A stretch of DNA of 53,613 nt from a virus (lineage: Duplodnaviria > Caudoviricetes), in the IMG/VR virus record IMGVR_UViG_3300009184_002810, positions 1 through 53,613 of that record; one strand, given 5' to 3'. The translations under genes and the position numbers were made by a program. The notes below the pieces were generated by a model. It made no database searches, was not told the origin of the DNA, and was given only the letters and a program-made list of their open reading frames with translations. Of the stretch, positions 35,636 to 45,849 are shown one piece after another (within the stretch, counting starts at the first letter, position 1; each line of letters opens with the position of its first letter).

Positions 35636-36306
35636 TATACTAATTTTTTTATTGCTACTATTTCTAAAGGCGCTGCTTTTATTTTATTCAGCATTACATT
35701 AGCAAAAGCCCTATGTCCTTTATAAGACCAGTGTGCATCTACAATTTTTCCATCGGTTGCTTCATGTATTCTCTCATAATTTTTCTTATCGTGATAATTC
35801 AAAACGTCCCATATAAGACACTTCTGTACTCTTTTAGATAAAAACAACTTTTTCATAAAGTTAAACCTACTATCTACTCGCATATCATTAAATTCTCCAT
35901 CCATAAGCCAAACTGCATGCATTATACTGTTTATTTCATCGTTGTCATACCCTTGTTGTTTTAATAACTCTTCACAGTGAGGTGTCACTGTTAGTCCTCG
36001 TCTGGCATAAGGTTCGTTTTTTTCTCTTCTATAGGTGATATCGAATCTATGAGTAAAGGTTTTTTGTATTATTACAATATCTCCTTCTTGAACTTCGTCT
36101 AGAGATTCAATCATGGTATCAAGTATCTTATCATTAGAAAAAGCCCCCATTCCATGGTTAAATAATGTAAGGCCTAGTTCTTTTGCAACAATTTCGGGCC
36201 ATATTAAATCGTCTTCTAATTTTCTATACTTTTTATAGTAGGAATCGTAAGGTAAGCATCCGTTTCCGTTAGTAAAAGAGCATCCGTACGTAAATAAATT
36301 ACTCAT
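35635..36306 (-). CDS. SGNH/GDSL-like protein
   Basis: YGCSFTNG, NHGMGAFSN, DAHWS. Confidence 0.7.
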   Translation of the reverse strand: MSNLFTYGCSFTNGNGCLPYDSYYKKYRKLEDDLIWPEIVAKELGLTLFNHGMGAFSNDKILDTMIESLDEVQEGDIVIIQKTFTHRFDITYRREKNEPYARRGLTVTPHCEELLKQQGYDNDEINSIMHAVWLMDGEFNDMRVDSRFNFMKKLFLSKRVQKCLIWDVLNYHDKKNYERIHEATDGKIVDAHWSYKGHRAFANVMLNKIKAAPLEIVAIKKLV

Positions 36307-37534
36307 ATAATATAAAATCTAATAGGTTATTTGAATTTTTGGGTGTTTTTAGGTATTCCATGAAAATATTAAAGTTATTTTGCATTTTTTCTGAATATAA
36401 TTCTGTTAACTTGTCGTGAGTCTGCTCTAAGGACTTTGTTTCGTTATGTAATCCTAAGATAAACTCTATACTTTTAAATATAGAGCTTTTCATATTTTGA
36501 GATATATTCTCATCAGAATCTACCTGTTCAAAATTAAAAAATTCTGTGTTTAAAAACCAAAAACCTAGTTTATTTAGTTCTACAAAACTGTAAGGGTTCA
36601 TATCTACTATAAAAGCAATATTAAGCTTTGAATATAAAATAGCTTTTAAGGTCTTCTCTGTTATATAATGTCTTTCTTTGCTATTAGAGGGCCATTGAAA
36701 TTCTGAATAATTAGAGGTCTCAAATACAAATCCACATACTGAGGTTATATAGTCCAGGTACGATGTTATATGGTTTTTATCCCATCCTGTAGGTATATGT
36801 AACGTCTTCAAATCAGTAAGGAACTCTGGTCGCGGTTCAACTCCGTAAATCTCTAATAGTTCTTTCTGGTCAAATAGCTGCTTTATTTCTTCGTATAAAT
36901 TATCTCTTAGCGGCTTGTAGTTTTTTCTTAAGTACATCCCTAGCAAATTCGTCTTTTTTACTTCTAGCTGTTTAAAAGGTAGAAAATCAAAACCATACGT
37001 GTAGTAGAAGTAAAGTAAATTTAAAAACGGATCATAGTAAAATTTTCCACTAGAATGTTTAAATTGACTTGCAGAAATTACTTTATGTTCCTGTAAGAAC
37101 TGCTTCATAATATCATCCGTGTCATGAAAAGTCTCTATTACGTTTAAGTAGATCACTTCTAATGCTTCTTTATCAGTAAAATTCCATTCCTTCCAGTTAA
37201 AATCTTTTTCAAACATCTTTCTTATAAAAGCAAAGACTTTATCGTAACCTTGCTCTTCTTTTTGCTGTCTAGCAAAGGCTTCATAGCTAGGGGCATCACT
37301 ATGTCTAAAATTAACTATCTTATAGTCTATTTCAATCCCATGATACAAAAACTTATAATGCTTCTCTAAGTTTTCTAAGCTCTGTGCTTTATTCTCGTAC
37401 CAGCTCTTAACAGGTGTATTATAGGCATATACATCTACTACCTCTGAGTGACCTCTTTCGACTTGGTAAGGCATTAAATAAGATAGTAGTATACTTTCTT
37501 TGTCAATAGGAGATAAAAATAATACTTTTTTCAT
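36299..37534 (-). CDS. Putative glycosyltransferase, distant paralogue of 31791-33209
   Basis: FVFET...YITEKTLKAI...LNKLGFW. Confidence 0.5.
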   Translation of the reverse strand: MKKVLFLSPIDKESILLSYLMPYQVERGHSEVVDVYAYNTPVKSWYENKAQSLENLEKHYKFLYHGIEIDYKIVNFRHSDAPSYEAFARQQKEEQGYDKVFAFIRKMFEKDFNWKEWNFTDKEALEVIYLNVIETFHDTDDIMKQFLQEHKVISASQFKHSSGKFYYDPFLNLLYFYYTYGFDFLPFKQLEVKKTNLLGMYLRKNYKPLRDNLYEEIKQLFDQKELLEIYGVEPRPEFLTDLKTLHIPTGWDKNHITSYLDYITSVCGFVFETSNYSEFQWPSNSKERHYITEKTLKAILYSKLNIAFIVDMNPYSFVELNKLGFWFLNTEFFNFEQVDSDENISQNMKSSIFKSIEFILGLHNETKSLEQTHDKLTELYSEKMQNNFNIFMEYLKTPKNSNNLLDFILYE

Positions 37535-38418
37535 TATTTAAAGCTTTCATTTGCTGCGTAGCCAGTATTATACCAGTCCCAATGTAAGTCGTGTATTTGT
37601 TTCCAATCCTTTATGCTATGTAACCCTAGGTCTAACGCTGTCTTTCTAACAACGTAGTATGGATTAGCATGCTCTGCATAAGGATGTATATTCCAGTTTA
37701 CTAAATGTTTGTAAAGTAAAGTCCCGGGTCCGTAATAGTATTCAGCATCTTCTACATACTCACCTGCTTGTTTTTTAATTAATCCTCTAACGGTTATGTC
37801 TTTATACCAATCATATACAAGAGCTATTAAATCCATTGTAGGGGAATCAGCATAAAAGAATACATCGTCGAAAGAATTATAATAGAATTCCACGGGGAAT
37901 TTGGTAGGAGTAAAGGATGAAGCATAAGCTGTTAAAGGTCTACAGATATGTGGATAAAACCTGTTTATAGGTAAGCTATACTTATTTATGCCTTCTTGAG
38001 GAAAGTTTATATCAAATCTCGTCTTAACGACCATATCATAGACAATGTCGTGCTTTAGCTCATACTTCCTCTTAAGCATAACACTTCTCATAAAGCTATA
38101 AAGTAATCCAGACCAAGCGTGTAGATGTGTTTCAGAATCGTAAGCTTCATATTCCATAGCTGCTGGAATAAAAGTAAATTTTATATCGTCCTCTTCTGAA
38201 GGATCTATTTTATAATCAGCATTCTCCCACCTCGGTTGTGTCTTATCTCTATAACTGTTAGTGTCCCAGGTATGTATAAAGTAATCTACGTTAACCTTTA
38301 CTCCAGGACGTTGCTCTATTTCTTTTATATTCAAATAATTTAAAATATTCTCTTTAGCAGAGCGCCATGTTCTTGACTGTCCGCTAATACAGACAGCGAT
38401 ATTAAATACATCTTTCAT
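37534..38418 (-). CDS. Putative glycosyltransferase-like protein
   Basis: IAVCISGQSR, DYFIHTW, YDMVVKTRFD, DVFFYA. Confidence 0.55.
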   Translation of the reverse strand: MKDVFNIAVCISGQSRTWRSAKENILNYLNIKEIEQRPGVKVNVDYFIHTWDTNSYRDKTQPRWENADYKIDPSEEDDIKFTFIPAAMEYEAYDSETHLHAWSGLLYSFMRSVMLKRKYELKHDIVYDMVVKTRFDINFPQEGINKYSLPINRFYPHICRPLTAYASSFTPTKFPVEFYYNSFDDVFFYADSPTMDLIALVYDWYKDITVRGLIKKQAGEYVEDAEYYYGPGTLLYKHLVNWNIHPYAEHANPYYVVRKTALDLGLHSIKDWKQIHDLHWDWYNTGYAANESFK

Positions 38419-38419
38419 A

Positions 38420-39208
38420 CTATCTTTGAACTTTAGGGTCGAGCTTTAATCTCATATTTTTAAAATTAAACATCCTCATAAAATACACAAGCATCTCTTC
38501 TATCCTGAAATCAACTCTAAAAATATGAGGGTCCATTTGAGAGAGCCAATTATACAAAGAAGACATCACATCGTAAGTCTCTGAATCAGAATAAAAGAAG
38601 ATGTCTCCTGCTGCATCATGTGGAAATTCGTGAGTAGCAAAACTATGACAAGAATATACCGTTTTTGACTTAAGCGGCGTAAAATCATTAGCTAAGATAC
38701 GTCTGTTCAATTCGTTAAAGTGTAAATCGGGTCTTAGTCTAACGACCATGTCGTATTTAAAACCGTTTTCTAATTCGTATTCTTTTTTTAACCAGCCGGC
38801 CATCATCAGACCGTATAGTTGACTACCAGACCAACTTAAAGGAGGCCATTTAGTATCGTCTAGTCGAAATCTAGATCTTTCATCTAATTTTATTTTCCTA
38901 GAATCGCTCTTTTCTTCGTTTTCAATTAAGTACTTTTTAGGCTTAACAAGGCTTAGAAAATCCTCTAATTCTTTCTGATCATGTAACTCAGCAGGAGGGG
39001 CTTGAAAACCGTTTATGCCTTGTCTCTCTAAAGTCCATTGAGAATAAGGCTTACTGTTAAAGTCCCACGTATGAATAAAGTAATCTATCTCTATAATCTC
39101 GTTTTCTAAGTGTTTAGACTTCTCTAATCCTTTAAATAGTAGATCCCAAGACTCATAACACTGTCTCCATGTTCTTAGTTGTCCACTTAAACAAACAGCT
39201 ATCTTCAT
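38420..39208 (-). CDS. Putative glycosyltransferase-like protein, paralogue of 37534-38418
   Basis: IAVCLSGQLR, DYFIHTW, YDMVVRLRPD, DIFFYS. Confidence 0.55.
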   Translation of the reverse strand: MKIAVCLSGQLRTWRQCYESWDLLFKGLEKSKHLENEIIEIDYFIHTWDFNSKPYSQWTLERQGINGFQAPPAELHDQKELEDFLSLVKPKKYLIENEEKSDSRKIKLDERSRFRLDDTKWPPLSWSGSQLYGLMMAGWLKKEYELENGFKYDMVVRLRPDLHFNELNRRILANDFTPLKSKTVYSCHSFATHEFPHDAAGDIFFYSDSETYDVMSSLYNWLSQMDPHIFRVDFRIEEMLVYFMRMFNFKNMRLKLDPKVQR

Positions 39209-39210
39209 AA

Positions 39211-39954
39211 TTAATCTTTAATAAATAATTCTGGATAATATCCGTTAAAGGCATAATTCCAAACTTTGTAACGGTTTGTATCTTTGAAGTCACAGAAAAA
39301 AGTAAAGTACTTAGTTAGTTCCCAATCTGGCTTGAAGGCAGCGTATTTTTCAAATACAGGCATACTATACTTTAAGCGATAATTTTCTAGTAAATCTTTT
39401 ACTTCTTCTACGCTTAAAGGTTTCCTGATAGAGAAGGCGATATCGTATTCAAAATCTCCTACTTGCTTTTCTCCTTCATTAAGCATATTTCCGCATCCGA
39501 ACCAGTAGGGAGCATCGTCGTAAAAAGCTTTAAGTTTTCCTTGGTAATTCATAGTACCTGCTAATTTACCGTTGCAGTAACAGTCTATTTTACTTTCTTC
39601 TTGATTATTAACCATCCATAAGTTTATATAGTCGCTTAACTCTTCTTCTTCTAATTTAAAATGTATCTGTTGTACGTCTAAAATATCTTTTTTAGCAGTC
39701 TTTTCCCAAAACCAATACGAATACTGTACATAAAGGTTATAATTATAATCATCCTTTACTATCGATATGCCGGAGTGAGCTCCGTTTCTTGCTATTACAA
39801 ACTTATCTATTCCTTCAAGTATATCCTGGTCTGTAACTTTAATTCTAGCAAATAAAGTAAAATCATCGCTCATTGAATCCTCTTCTAATTTATCGAAAAA
39901 AGGAATTTTAGCAGATACTTTATAAATGTTATCTTTATTTATTCTTAAACTCAT
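39211..39954 (-). CDS. Concanavalin A/LamG-like lectin domain protein
   Basis: DFTLFARIK, IARNGAHSGI, CYCNGK, WFGCG, LSVEEVK. Confidence 0.55.
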   Translation of the reverse strand: MSLRINKDNIYKVSAKIPFFDKLEEDSMSDDFTLFARIKVTDQDILEGIDKFVIARNGAHSGISIVKDDYNYNLYVQYSYWFWEKTAKKDILDVQQIHFKLEEEELSDYINLWMVNNQEESKIDCYCNGKLAGTMNYQGKLKAFYDDAPYWFGCGNMLNEGEKQVGDFEYDIAFSIRKPLSVEEVKDLLENYRLKYSMPVFEKYAAFKPDWELTKYFTFFCDFKDTNRYKVWNYAFNGYYPELFIKD

Positions 39955-41357
39955 ATTTGAATCGTTTTACAAAAGTTATAGAAATCTTCTAATTCAGGAA
40001 AAGTTTTAATAAAGTCTGTCCCTCTACGTTTATCATGTTCTTCAAAGAACTTATGAAAACTATACCTATTTTTCATCTGCTGATCTAGGTCTTGTGGTGC
40101 TATCATCCAATCGTAAATTCTCTCTACTTTCTGTACCTCTACATCAGCGTATCCTATATGACGTGTATCAAAGGAAGGTGCTGCAAGATAACTTACTAGC
40201 TTGGCTTGATCTAATACTAATTGGGAGAAATCATAAGGTAATATCTGTACTGTTTGATGTAGCGGATACCTTAAGTAAGAGGAGTCTAAGAATGTAGCTG
40301 AGTTCCAATATCTATCAGGACTAGCATACATTTCTTTTAGTTTGTAGACTTCTTCAATAAGTCTTCCGTAGTTGAATACGCTTAAAGCATTATATGTTAC
40401 CATAAATGTAACAACGACTCTAGGACATGCTGTTAAAATTTTATTAATGTTATCCCAAAATCTATTAAACTCTAACCCGGATCTAATATACTCAGCTTGT
40501 TCTCCCCAAGTATCGCAAGAAGTAAATACAACTAATTCCTCTACTCTACCTTCATCTTCAATACGCTTTATTTTTTCAATAAATTTATTAATCAACTCGT
40601 CAGGAGCTCCTAAGTTAGAGTTGATAGCTAACTTTAGCTTTTTATTTGGGTCTGGATGATCGATAATATAGTCTAATACCTTCCAGGTATCTTTTGCTAA
40701 TAAAGGCTCTCCTCCTGTAATCCTAAAAGTATGTAGGTCCTTATATAATTCAGGCCACCATTTCCAGAAAGCTTCAGTATAGGGATTATCTTCACTAGCT
40801 AAGATAGGCATTTTATCTTCTCTTGTCATCCAATCTGTAGAGTTAAAATTATCTAATGTCGGATATCCTCCAAACTTATTAATTTCTTCCATCCACTTAG
40901 TACTAAAAGAAGGTCCACAATATGAACACTTAAAGTTACACGTACTAGAAAAAGCAACTTCTACGTACTTAGGGTTATAATCTTCTCTCCAATCTGATTT
41001 AAAAATCTCCTCTTTAAACGGAAAGGACCAGGATTCAGCTGATTTAAAGACTCTATCGCTAAATAACTTAGAACTATCTTCTACATTCCAACAATAATCA
41101 CATTCTGCAGGTCTCTCTCCCATTAACATCTCTCTTCTACGTAATTTTTTATAACGAGTATTGTGTAGAGCAGAAGGATTTCTCTTAATCTCTTCTTTAG
41201 AAATTTTATGAGTAGTAGGGTGGTGACAGGAGTGGTTATGCCCGCTCTGCAGCTGTAAAGTTACTTGCGTCCATTTAGCTAGACACATTCCATGTCCTAC
41301 GCTATCAAGCTCTTTTTTAACATTCCTAAAGAATGGATTCTCTAATGCTGTTGACAT
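39951..41357 (-). CDS. Radical SAM protein with N-terminal auxiliary Cys cluster
   Basis: CNFKCSYC, TGGEP, YIRSG; N-terminal CLAKW...SCHH...ECDYCW. Confidence 0.9.
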   Translation of the reverse strand: MSTALENPFFRNVKKELDSVGHGMCLAKWTQVTLQLQSGHNHSCHHPTTHKISKEEIKRNPSALHNTRYKKLRRREMLMGERPAECDYCWNVEDSSKLFSDRVFKSAESWSFPFKEEIFKSDWREDYNPKYVEVAFSSTCNFKCSYCGPSFSTKWMEEINKFGGYPTLDNFNSTDWMTREDKMPILASEDNPYTEAFWKWWPELYKDLHTFRITGGEPLLAKDTWKVLDYIIDHPDPNKKLKLAINSNLGAPDELINKFIEKIKRIEDEGRVEELVVFTSCDTWGEQAEYIRSGLEFNRFWDNINKILTACPRVVVTFMVTYNALSVFNYGRLIEEVYKLKEMYASPDRYWNSATFLDSSYLRYPLHQTVQILPYDFSQLVLDQAKLVSYLAAPSFDTRHIGYADVEVQKVERIYDWMIAPQDLDQQMKNRYSFHKFFEEHDKRRGTDFIKTFPELEDFYNFCKTIQI

Positions 41358-41358
41358 A

Positions 41359-42792
41359 TTATAATATTACGTTTATCATGAAACAATTTTTTGCAATTTC
41401 TTCTTTACTTACTAAAGTATATTTTAAGGTATTCATACCGTCTTTTTTATGGTTTATCTTGCCTTGCTGCATTCCCATGATGTATCTAAACTCATTTCGT
41501 GCAGTAGTTTCTCCTTTAGCCCATTTTCCATCTACAAGCCCTTCATCTACATGCGGTAAACATTCCATTCTACCGGGAGTTCTATGCGGTACTATAGTAT
41601 AAGGAATTTTAATGTCTTCTTCAAACTTTTTACAGTTAAAAACTAAACTGTTATTACTATTACCGGATAGATCTTCTAGAGAATCTTCGCTATTGAGTTC
41701 GTAATCTAATATAAGACCTTCTACTTGATTGCTAAGGGAATCTAGTATTTCTTTTTGATCTAAACACCTATCCCATATCTTTACTTTAGCTATGTCTCCT
41801 TTAAAAAACTTTGCAGGATGCTCTTCATCTACTGATAAAGTTGTACCTAAGTAATAGTCTATATTATGATACTTTTTTAAACCTCCTTTGTAAGAGGCTG
41901 GAGAATCTACTCCTGTACCGTTAGATGCTTGAGACTCTATTCCGTTCATATAGACGTGAATCTTCTTCTCGTAAGAATCAACAGTAAATGTAACCCAGCT
42001 CCACTGATTCTCGTACCTTTTCATCCATTGGTAGATAGGTTTATTAAATAGGTCCCATAGCATTACTGTATAGGCTCTAGAATTATTATAGGAAATACCG
42101 TAATCGTATCCAGGTCTTCTGAATATAGGGTACTCAATAAATTGTTTATCTTCAGCGCCAATTAAGTAGATTGGCATTTTTTCTTGTTGGTGAAAAGACC
42201 TTACTAGTATAGAAACTGTATGGCTTTTTTGAGTAAGTAAATTTAGAGTATTACTTGAAGGTATCTTTACATATGAACTACGTCCATCGAATCTTAAAAA
42301 AGGCTTAGTTTCTTTATAATCTACGTACTTAATATCAGCGTACCCTTCTAATACACATCTCCAGAATAAGTCATCATCTTCCATACCCCAGTCCCAGTAA
42401 TCATTAGAGTATCCGTTAGTACGTTCTACTTGTTCTTTTGTGAATATAACTGCGCCGCCAAAGTAATCTTCGTACTTTAAATGGTAGTCTGTTTTTGAAA
42501 TATGAATAGCAATATGTCTTGGATTATCTTTTGGATAAGAATAATCACAATCATCGTCTAGAGGGATCATATCAATGTCATGCCATACAATGTAATCGCA
42601 TCCGTCTTTAAAAGCTTGTTCAGCTGCTACGTTTTTCATAGCACCTCTATTAAATAACTTATCGTCTACCTGATGTCCAAAGTACATAGCATACTCTATA
42701 CCTCTCTCTTCTAAAAATTTTCCTACTCGAGGTACAAATTCTTTGAGATGTTCTTCTCTGTTTCTATATGGTACACATACTCCTAATTTCAT
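41359..42792 (-). CDS. GT7 (beta-1,4-galactosyltransferase-like) with inserted LamG domain
   Basis: VPYRNR, FNRG..KN, HDID, YFGG, NGYSN.YWDWGMEDDD; then FDG..SYV...FFKGDIA LamG; then CLPH...KDGMN. Confidence 0.85.
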   Translation of the reverse strand: MKLGVCVPYRNREEHLKEFVPRVGKFLEERGIEYAMYFGHQVDDKLFNRGAMKNVAAEQAFKDGCDYIVWHDIDMIPLDDDCDYSYPKDNPRHIAIHISKTDYHLKYEDYFGGAVIFTKEQVERTNGYSNDYWDWGMEDDDLFWRCVLEGYADIKYVDYKETKPFLRFDGRSSYVKIPSSNTLNLLTQKSHTVSILVRSFHQQEKMPIYLIGAEDKQFIEYPIFRRPGYDYGISYNNSRAYTVMLWDLFNKPIYQWMKRYENQWSWVTFTVDSYEKKIHVYMNGIESQASNGTGVDSPASYKGGLKKYHNIDYYLGTTLSVDEEHPAKFFKGDIAKVKIWDRCLDQKEILDSLSNQVEGLILDYELNSEDSLEDLSGNSNNSLVFNCKKFEEDIKIPYTIVPHRTPGRMECLPHVDEGLVDGKWAKGETTARNEFRYIMGMQQGKINHKKDGMNTLKYTLVSKEEIAKNCFMINVIL

Positions 42793-44087
42793 TATATTCC
42801 AACGTTTAAATGTATTATATTACCTTGATTAGCTTTACCGTGTATTTTATATTTTCCTAAAGTTGTTAGGCCGTCTATTTTTCTATCTCCGGAACCTGTT
42901 TGTATTTCATTATTATATCTTAATTGATTCCATCTACTATTATCATCTTGCCACCTACCATTATTAAACCCACAGTCTTTGTGTTCTAATTTTACCAGTT
43001 TACTATTTCGTCTAAATGGAATATATGAATAATAATTTATAAATGGTTTAAAGTAGTCAATATAGATATTAAAAAACTCTCCGTGATTTTCATTACTAGA
43101 AATATCAGTAAATTTATATTCATTAATATCATAGTTTTTGTAGTGTATTTTTATTTGATCATTTTGCTCTAATAAAAACTCATTTATACTGCCTTTAAAA
43201 AAATGTTTCTTTTCATCATCAGAACCTACTATTATACTTTCTTCTTTTGAATAATTGTATATACTATTTGATAGTTCGACACTACCTAAAATACCGTTTA
43301 CTGAAAAATTAACGATATTTTTTTCCTTGTTATATTCGATTAATATCTTATTATTTGATGCTGTTACAATATCCGAATGAAGATCATAATAATTACCTTT
43401 TTTATCAAATAACTGTAAATAAAATCTATTAAAAGAATTGTAAAATAATTTAAAATCGTAGCCTTTTATTGATAAAATAGGAAATATATCATATTGCAGA
43501 TTTTCATTATAAACAACTCTAGCCAAATTGATATCTAATTCTATTTTAAAACTTTTATTATAATTTACAATATTAGGAATTTTTGCGTAAGCATTGACTC
43601 CATTAAAAATAGGTAATTTTTGTTTAGTAAATGTATCACTTATAGTTTTTTTAAATGGTACATTTTTTTTTACACATCTATAACGTAAATCATCATCTTC
43701 AAATCCCCATCCCCAATATAAATTAGAAAACCCATTTATTTTTTCAAATATATCAGTAGGGAACATAGTCATTCCGCCAAAATAAGATTCAAATGGAATA
43801 TTATCAGTTGCTAAATGCACGGGTACATTTGAATACGAATAATCCACATCAACTGGTATCATGTCAATATCGTGGATTACTATATAATCACAATTTTCTT
43901 TTTGTGCTTCTATAAACCCAATGTTGCATAACATTCCTCTATTAAAAAGTTTAGCATTGTCTTGTTCGACGATGATAATTTTAAAATCCATATTTTTAGA
44001 TTCTAAATATTTTACTATACTTTTTTTAAACTCTTGCAAATGCTCATACCTGTTTCTGTATGGAACTATTACACCAAGTTTATGCAT
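42792..44087 (-). CDS. GT7 glycosyltransferase with inserted LamG domain
   Basis: VPYRNR, FNRG..CN, HDID, NGFSN.YWGWGFEDDD; FNGVNAY...FFKGSI; LEH...DGL. Confidence 0.85.
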   Translation of the reverse strand: MHKLGVIVPYRNRYEHLQEFKKSIVKYLESKNMDFKIIIVEQDNAKLFNRGMLCNIGFIEAQKENCDYIVIHDIDMIPVDVDYSYSNVPVHLATDNIPFESYFGGMTMFPTDIFEKINGFSNLYWGWGFEDDDLRYRCVKKNVPFKKTISDTFTKQKLPIFNGVNAYAKIPNIVNYNKSFKIELDINLARVVYNENLQYDIFPILSIKGYDFKLFYNSFNRFYLQLFDKKGNYYDLHSDIVTASNNKILIEYNKEKNIVNFSVNGILGSVELSNSIYNYSKEESIIVGSDDEKKHFFKGSINEFLLEQNDQIKIHYKNYDINEYKFTDISSNENHGEFFNIYIDYFKPFINYYSYIPFRRNSKLVKLEHKDCGFNNGRWQDDNSRWNQLRYNNEIQTGSGDRKIDGLTTLGKYKIHGKANQGNIIHLNVGI

Positions 44088-44280
44088 TAGTTTTTTCTTT
44101 TGGTACTAACTTATGAAATTCAGACAAATAATACTGGATTCTATCACTCCATTCTTGTTTATCTACTTCTTCAAACCAAACTGTAAGAGCATCTACGCTG
44201 TTTGCAATTTTTTCTAACGCTTTTACTTTTCTTGTTTCAAGAAGTAATAAGTCGTTATCTGTTTCTTTTTTTGTACTCAT
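44080..44280 (-). CDS. Small hypothetical protein
   Basis: 66-aa ORF within the operon. Confidence 0.55.
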   Translation of the reverse strand: MSTKKETDNDLLLLETRKVKALEKIANSVDALTVWFEEVDKQEWSDRIQYYLSEFHKLVPKEKTNA

Positions 44281-44290
44281 ATTAATTGTA

Positions 44291-45130
44291 TTATATTGAA
44301 ATTATTAAGTTAAGTAATCTATCCCAGTTTTTATAGTCCCAAACTCCAACCTCTTCTATCATAAAACGAGGATCCGTTATGTCAATTTTAAACCTAGACT
44401 TTGCTAACTCTCTATACATTTTTCTATACTCTTCCGAGTATGCACTTTCTCTATTTGTATTTGCTACTGCTCTAATCCTGTCACCACAAGTAGCATCCCA
44501 TTTAAAATGGTTTACTATAACGTTAAATTTTCTATGAGGAGCAATTAGTGGATGGTTCCAACCTTGCCATTTCCAAGTTACATGTCCGTCTATCTTTGCA
44601 TAATGTTGTCCAGGAGTTAATTCTACATAACCTTTCATAATACAAATCTTATTTGGACATGCTCCTGATAAAGGATATCTAAAGAATCCTGCTAGAGGAA
44701 ATTGCTCAAAGATATCTTTTTCTGGTTGTAGTTCTGGAAACGTTCCACCTGGTCCTATTCTATCAACAAATCCTCCTCTTACTAAATCCCATCCATTTTC
44801 TTCACAGTCATGTATAATATATTCTAAAGATTCGGAGTATTCGTGAAACTCATCATCATCAGCAACAATCCACCAATCTTCAGGATGCTGATTTTTTATT
44901 TCATTGTACATGTTAGTTACAGTCTCCCAATTATACTTTTCAGCTGTACGTCTTAGAACTATTTTTGCTTTCGGAAACTCCTCTATTATTTTTTCTACTT
45001 CTTTAGAGAGCTCTTTATCGCTCCAATCGTAGACACCTACACAAATCTCATCTACTATATCAGAGTAGTAAGTTAAAAAATGCCAAAGTATATTTGTTCT
45101 AGATCCAACAACAGTTGCTAGTCTAATCAT
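44291..45130 (-). CDS. GT2/GT-A fold glycosyltransferase-like protein
   Basis: WHFLTYY, WWIVADDDEF (DxD), GQH, NHFKW. Confidence 0.7.
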   Translation of the reverse strand: MIRLATVVGSRTNILWHFLTYYSDIVDEICVGVYDWSDKELSKEVEKIIEEFPKAKIVLRRTAEKYNWETVTNMYNEIKNQHPEDWWIVADDDEFHEYSESLEYIIHDCEENGWDLVRGGFVDRIGPGGTFPELQPEKDIFEQFPLAGFFRYPLSGACPNKICIMKGYVELTPGQHYAKIDGHVTWKWQGWNHPLIAPHRKFNVIVNHFKWDATCGDRIRAVANTNRESAYSEEYRKMYRELAKSRFKIDITDPRFMIEEVGVWDYKNWDRLLNLIISI

Positions 45131-45849
45131 TTCTTATTAATTATTGTAATACCAGTTGAAGACGGTTTATCCTTCAATATACGAAAATTAAATAGATTTA
45201 CCAAATTCCATTCGGGATTTTCTTGTAATTCTTTAACAAATTTTGCAGGTCCATCGAAAGAATGGTAATCTTTCTTAGCATCTTCGGAAATTATCAGGGA
45301 ATTAGAGTAATTTTCATCAGAATCATGTAGTATTACTACGCCTTTTGGGGCTAAAAGTTTCGAATACAATTCAAAATCAAGTTTTACCCCTTCGTAAGAG
45401 TGGTCTCCGTCGATAAACAACACGTCTATTTTAATATCTTGTGGAACAAAGAAGTTATAGTAGGCTTCCTCTGATGTAGACTTAATAAAGCGAGGTTGGA
45501 ATACACTACGGAAAAACGAAGTCTCCCTTTCAAGATCATTAGGTCCTCCAACACCGTTACAAGCATCTACTACATAGGTTACCCCTATATCTCCCCAGGA
45601 TATCCCAGGATCTCCCGTAAAAATCCCTTGTTCATGTAGGTCTTTACGTGCTTGAGTCATGATTCTCGGTATAAACCCGCCGCCAGACCCTATACATACA
45701 CAGTTTTTGGCTCGCATATGCTGAATTAGAGCATAAAGCACCAGTCCGTCTCCTAAATGTAGATCGGTTGCACCATGAGTCCACCTATAAGGAATAGGTT
45801 CGTCTAGGTTATTGGTAAGATGAGTCTTTAGATATTCATAATTAAACAT
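45127..45849 (-). CDS. Class I SAM-dependent methyltransferase (Methyltransf_24-like)
   Basis: CIGSGGG, LFIDGDHSYEGVKLD, GVVILHD. Confidence 0.85.
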   Translation of the reverse strand: MFNYEYLKTHLTNNLDEPIPYRWTHGATDLHLGDGLVLYALIQHMRAKNCVCIGSGGGFIPRIMTQARKDLHEQGIFTGDPGISWGDIGVTYVVDACNGVGGPNDLERETSFFRSVFQPRFIKSTSEEAYYNFFVPQDIKIDVLFIDGDHSYEGVKLDFELYSKLLAPKGVVILHDSDENYSNSLIISEDAKKDYHSFDGPAKFVKELQENPEWNLVNLFNFRILKDKPSSTGITIINKK

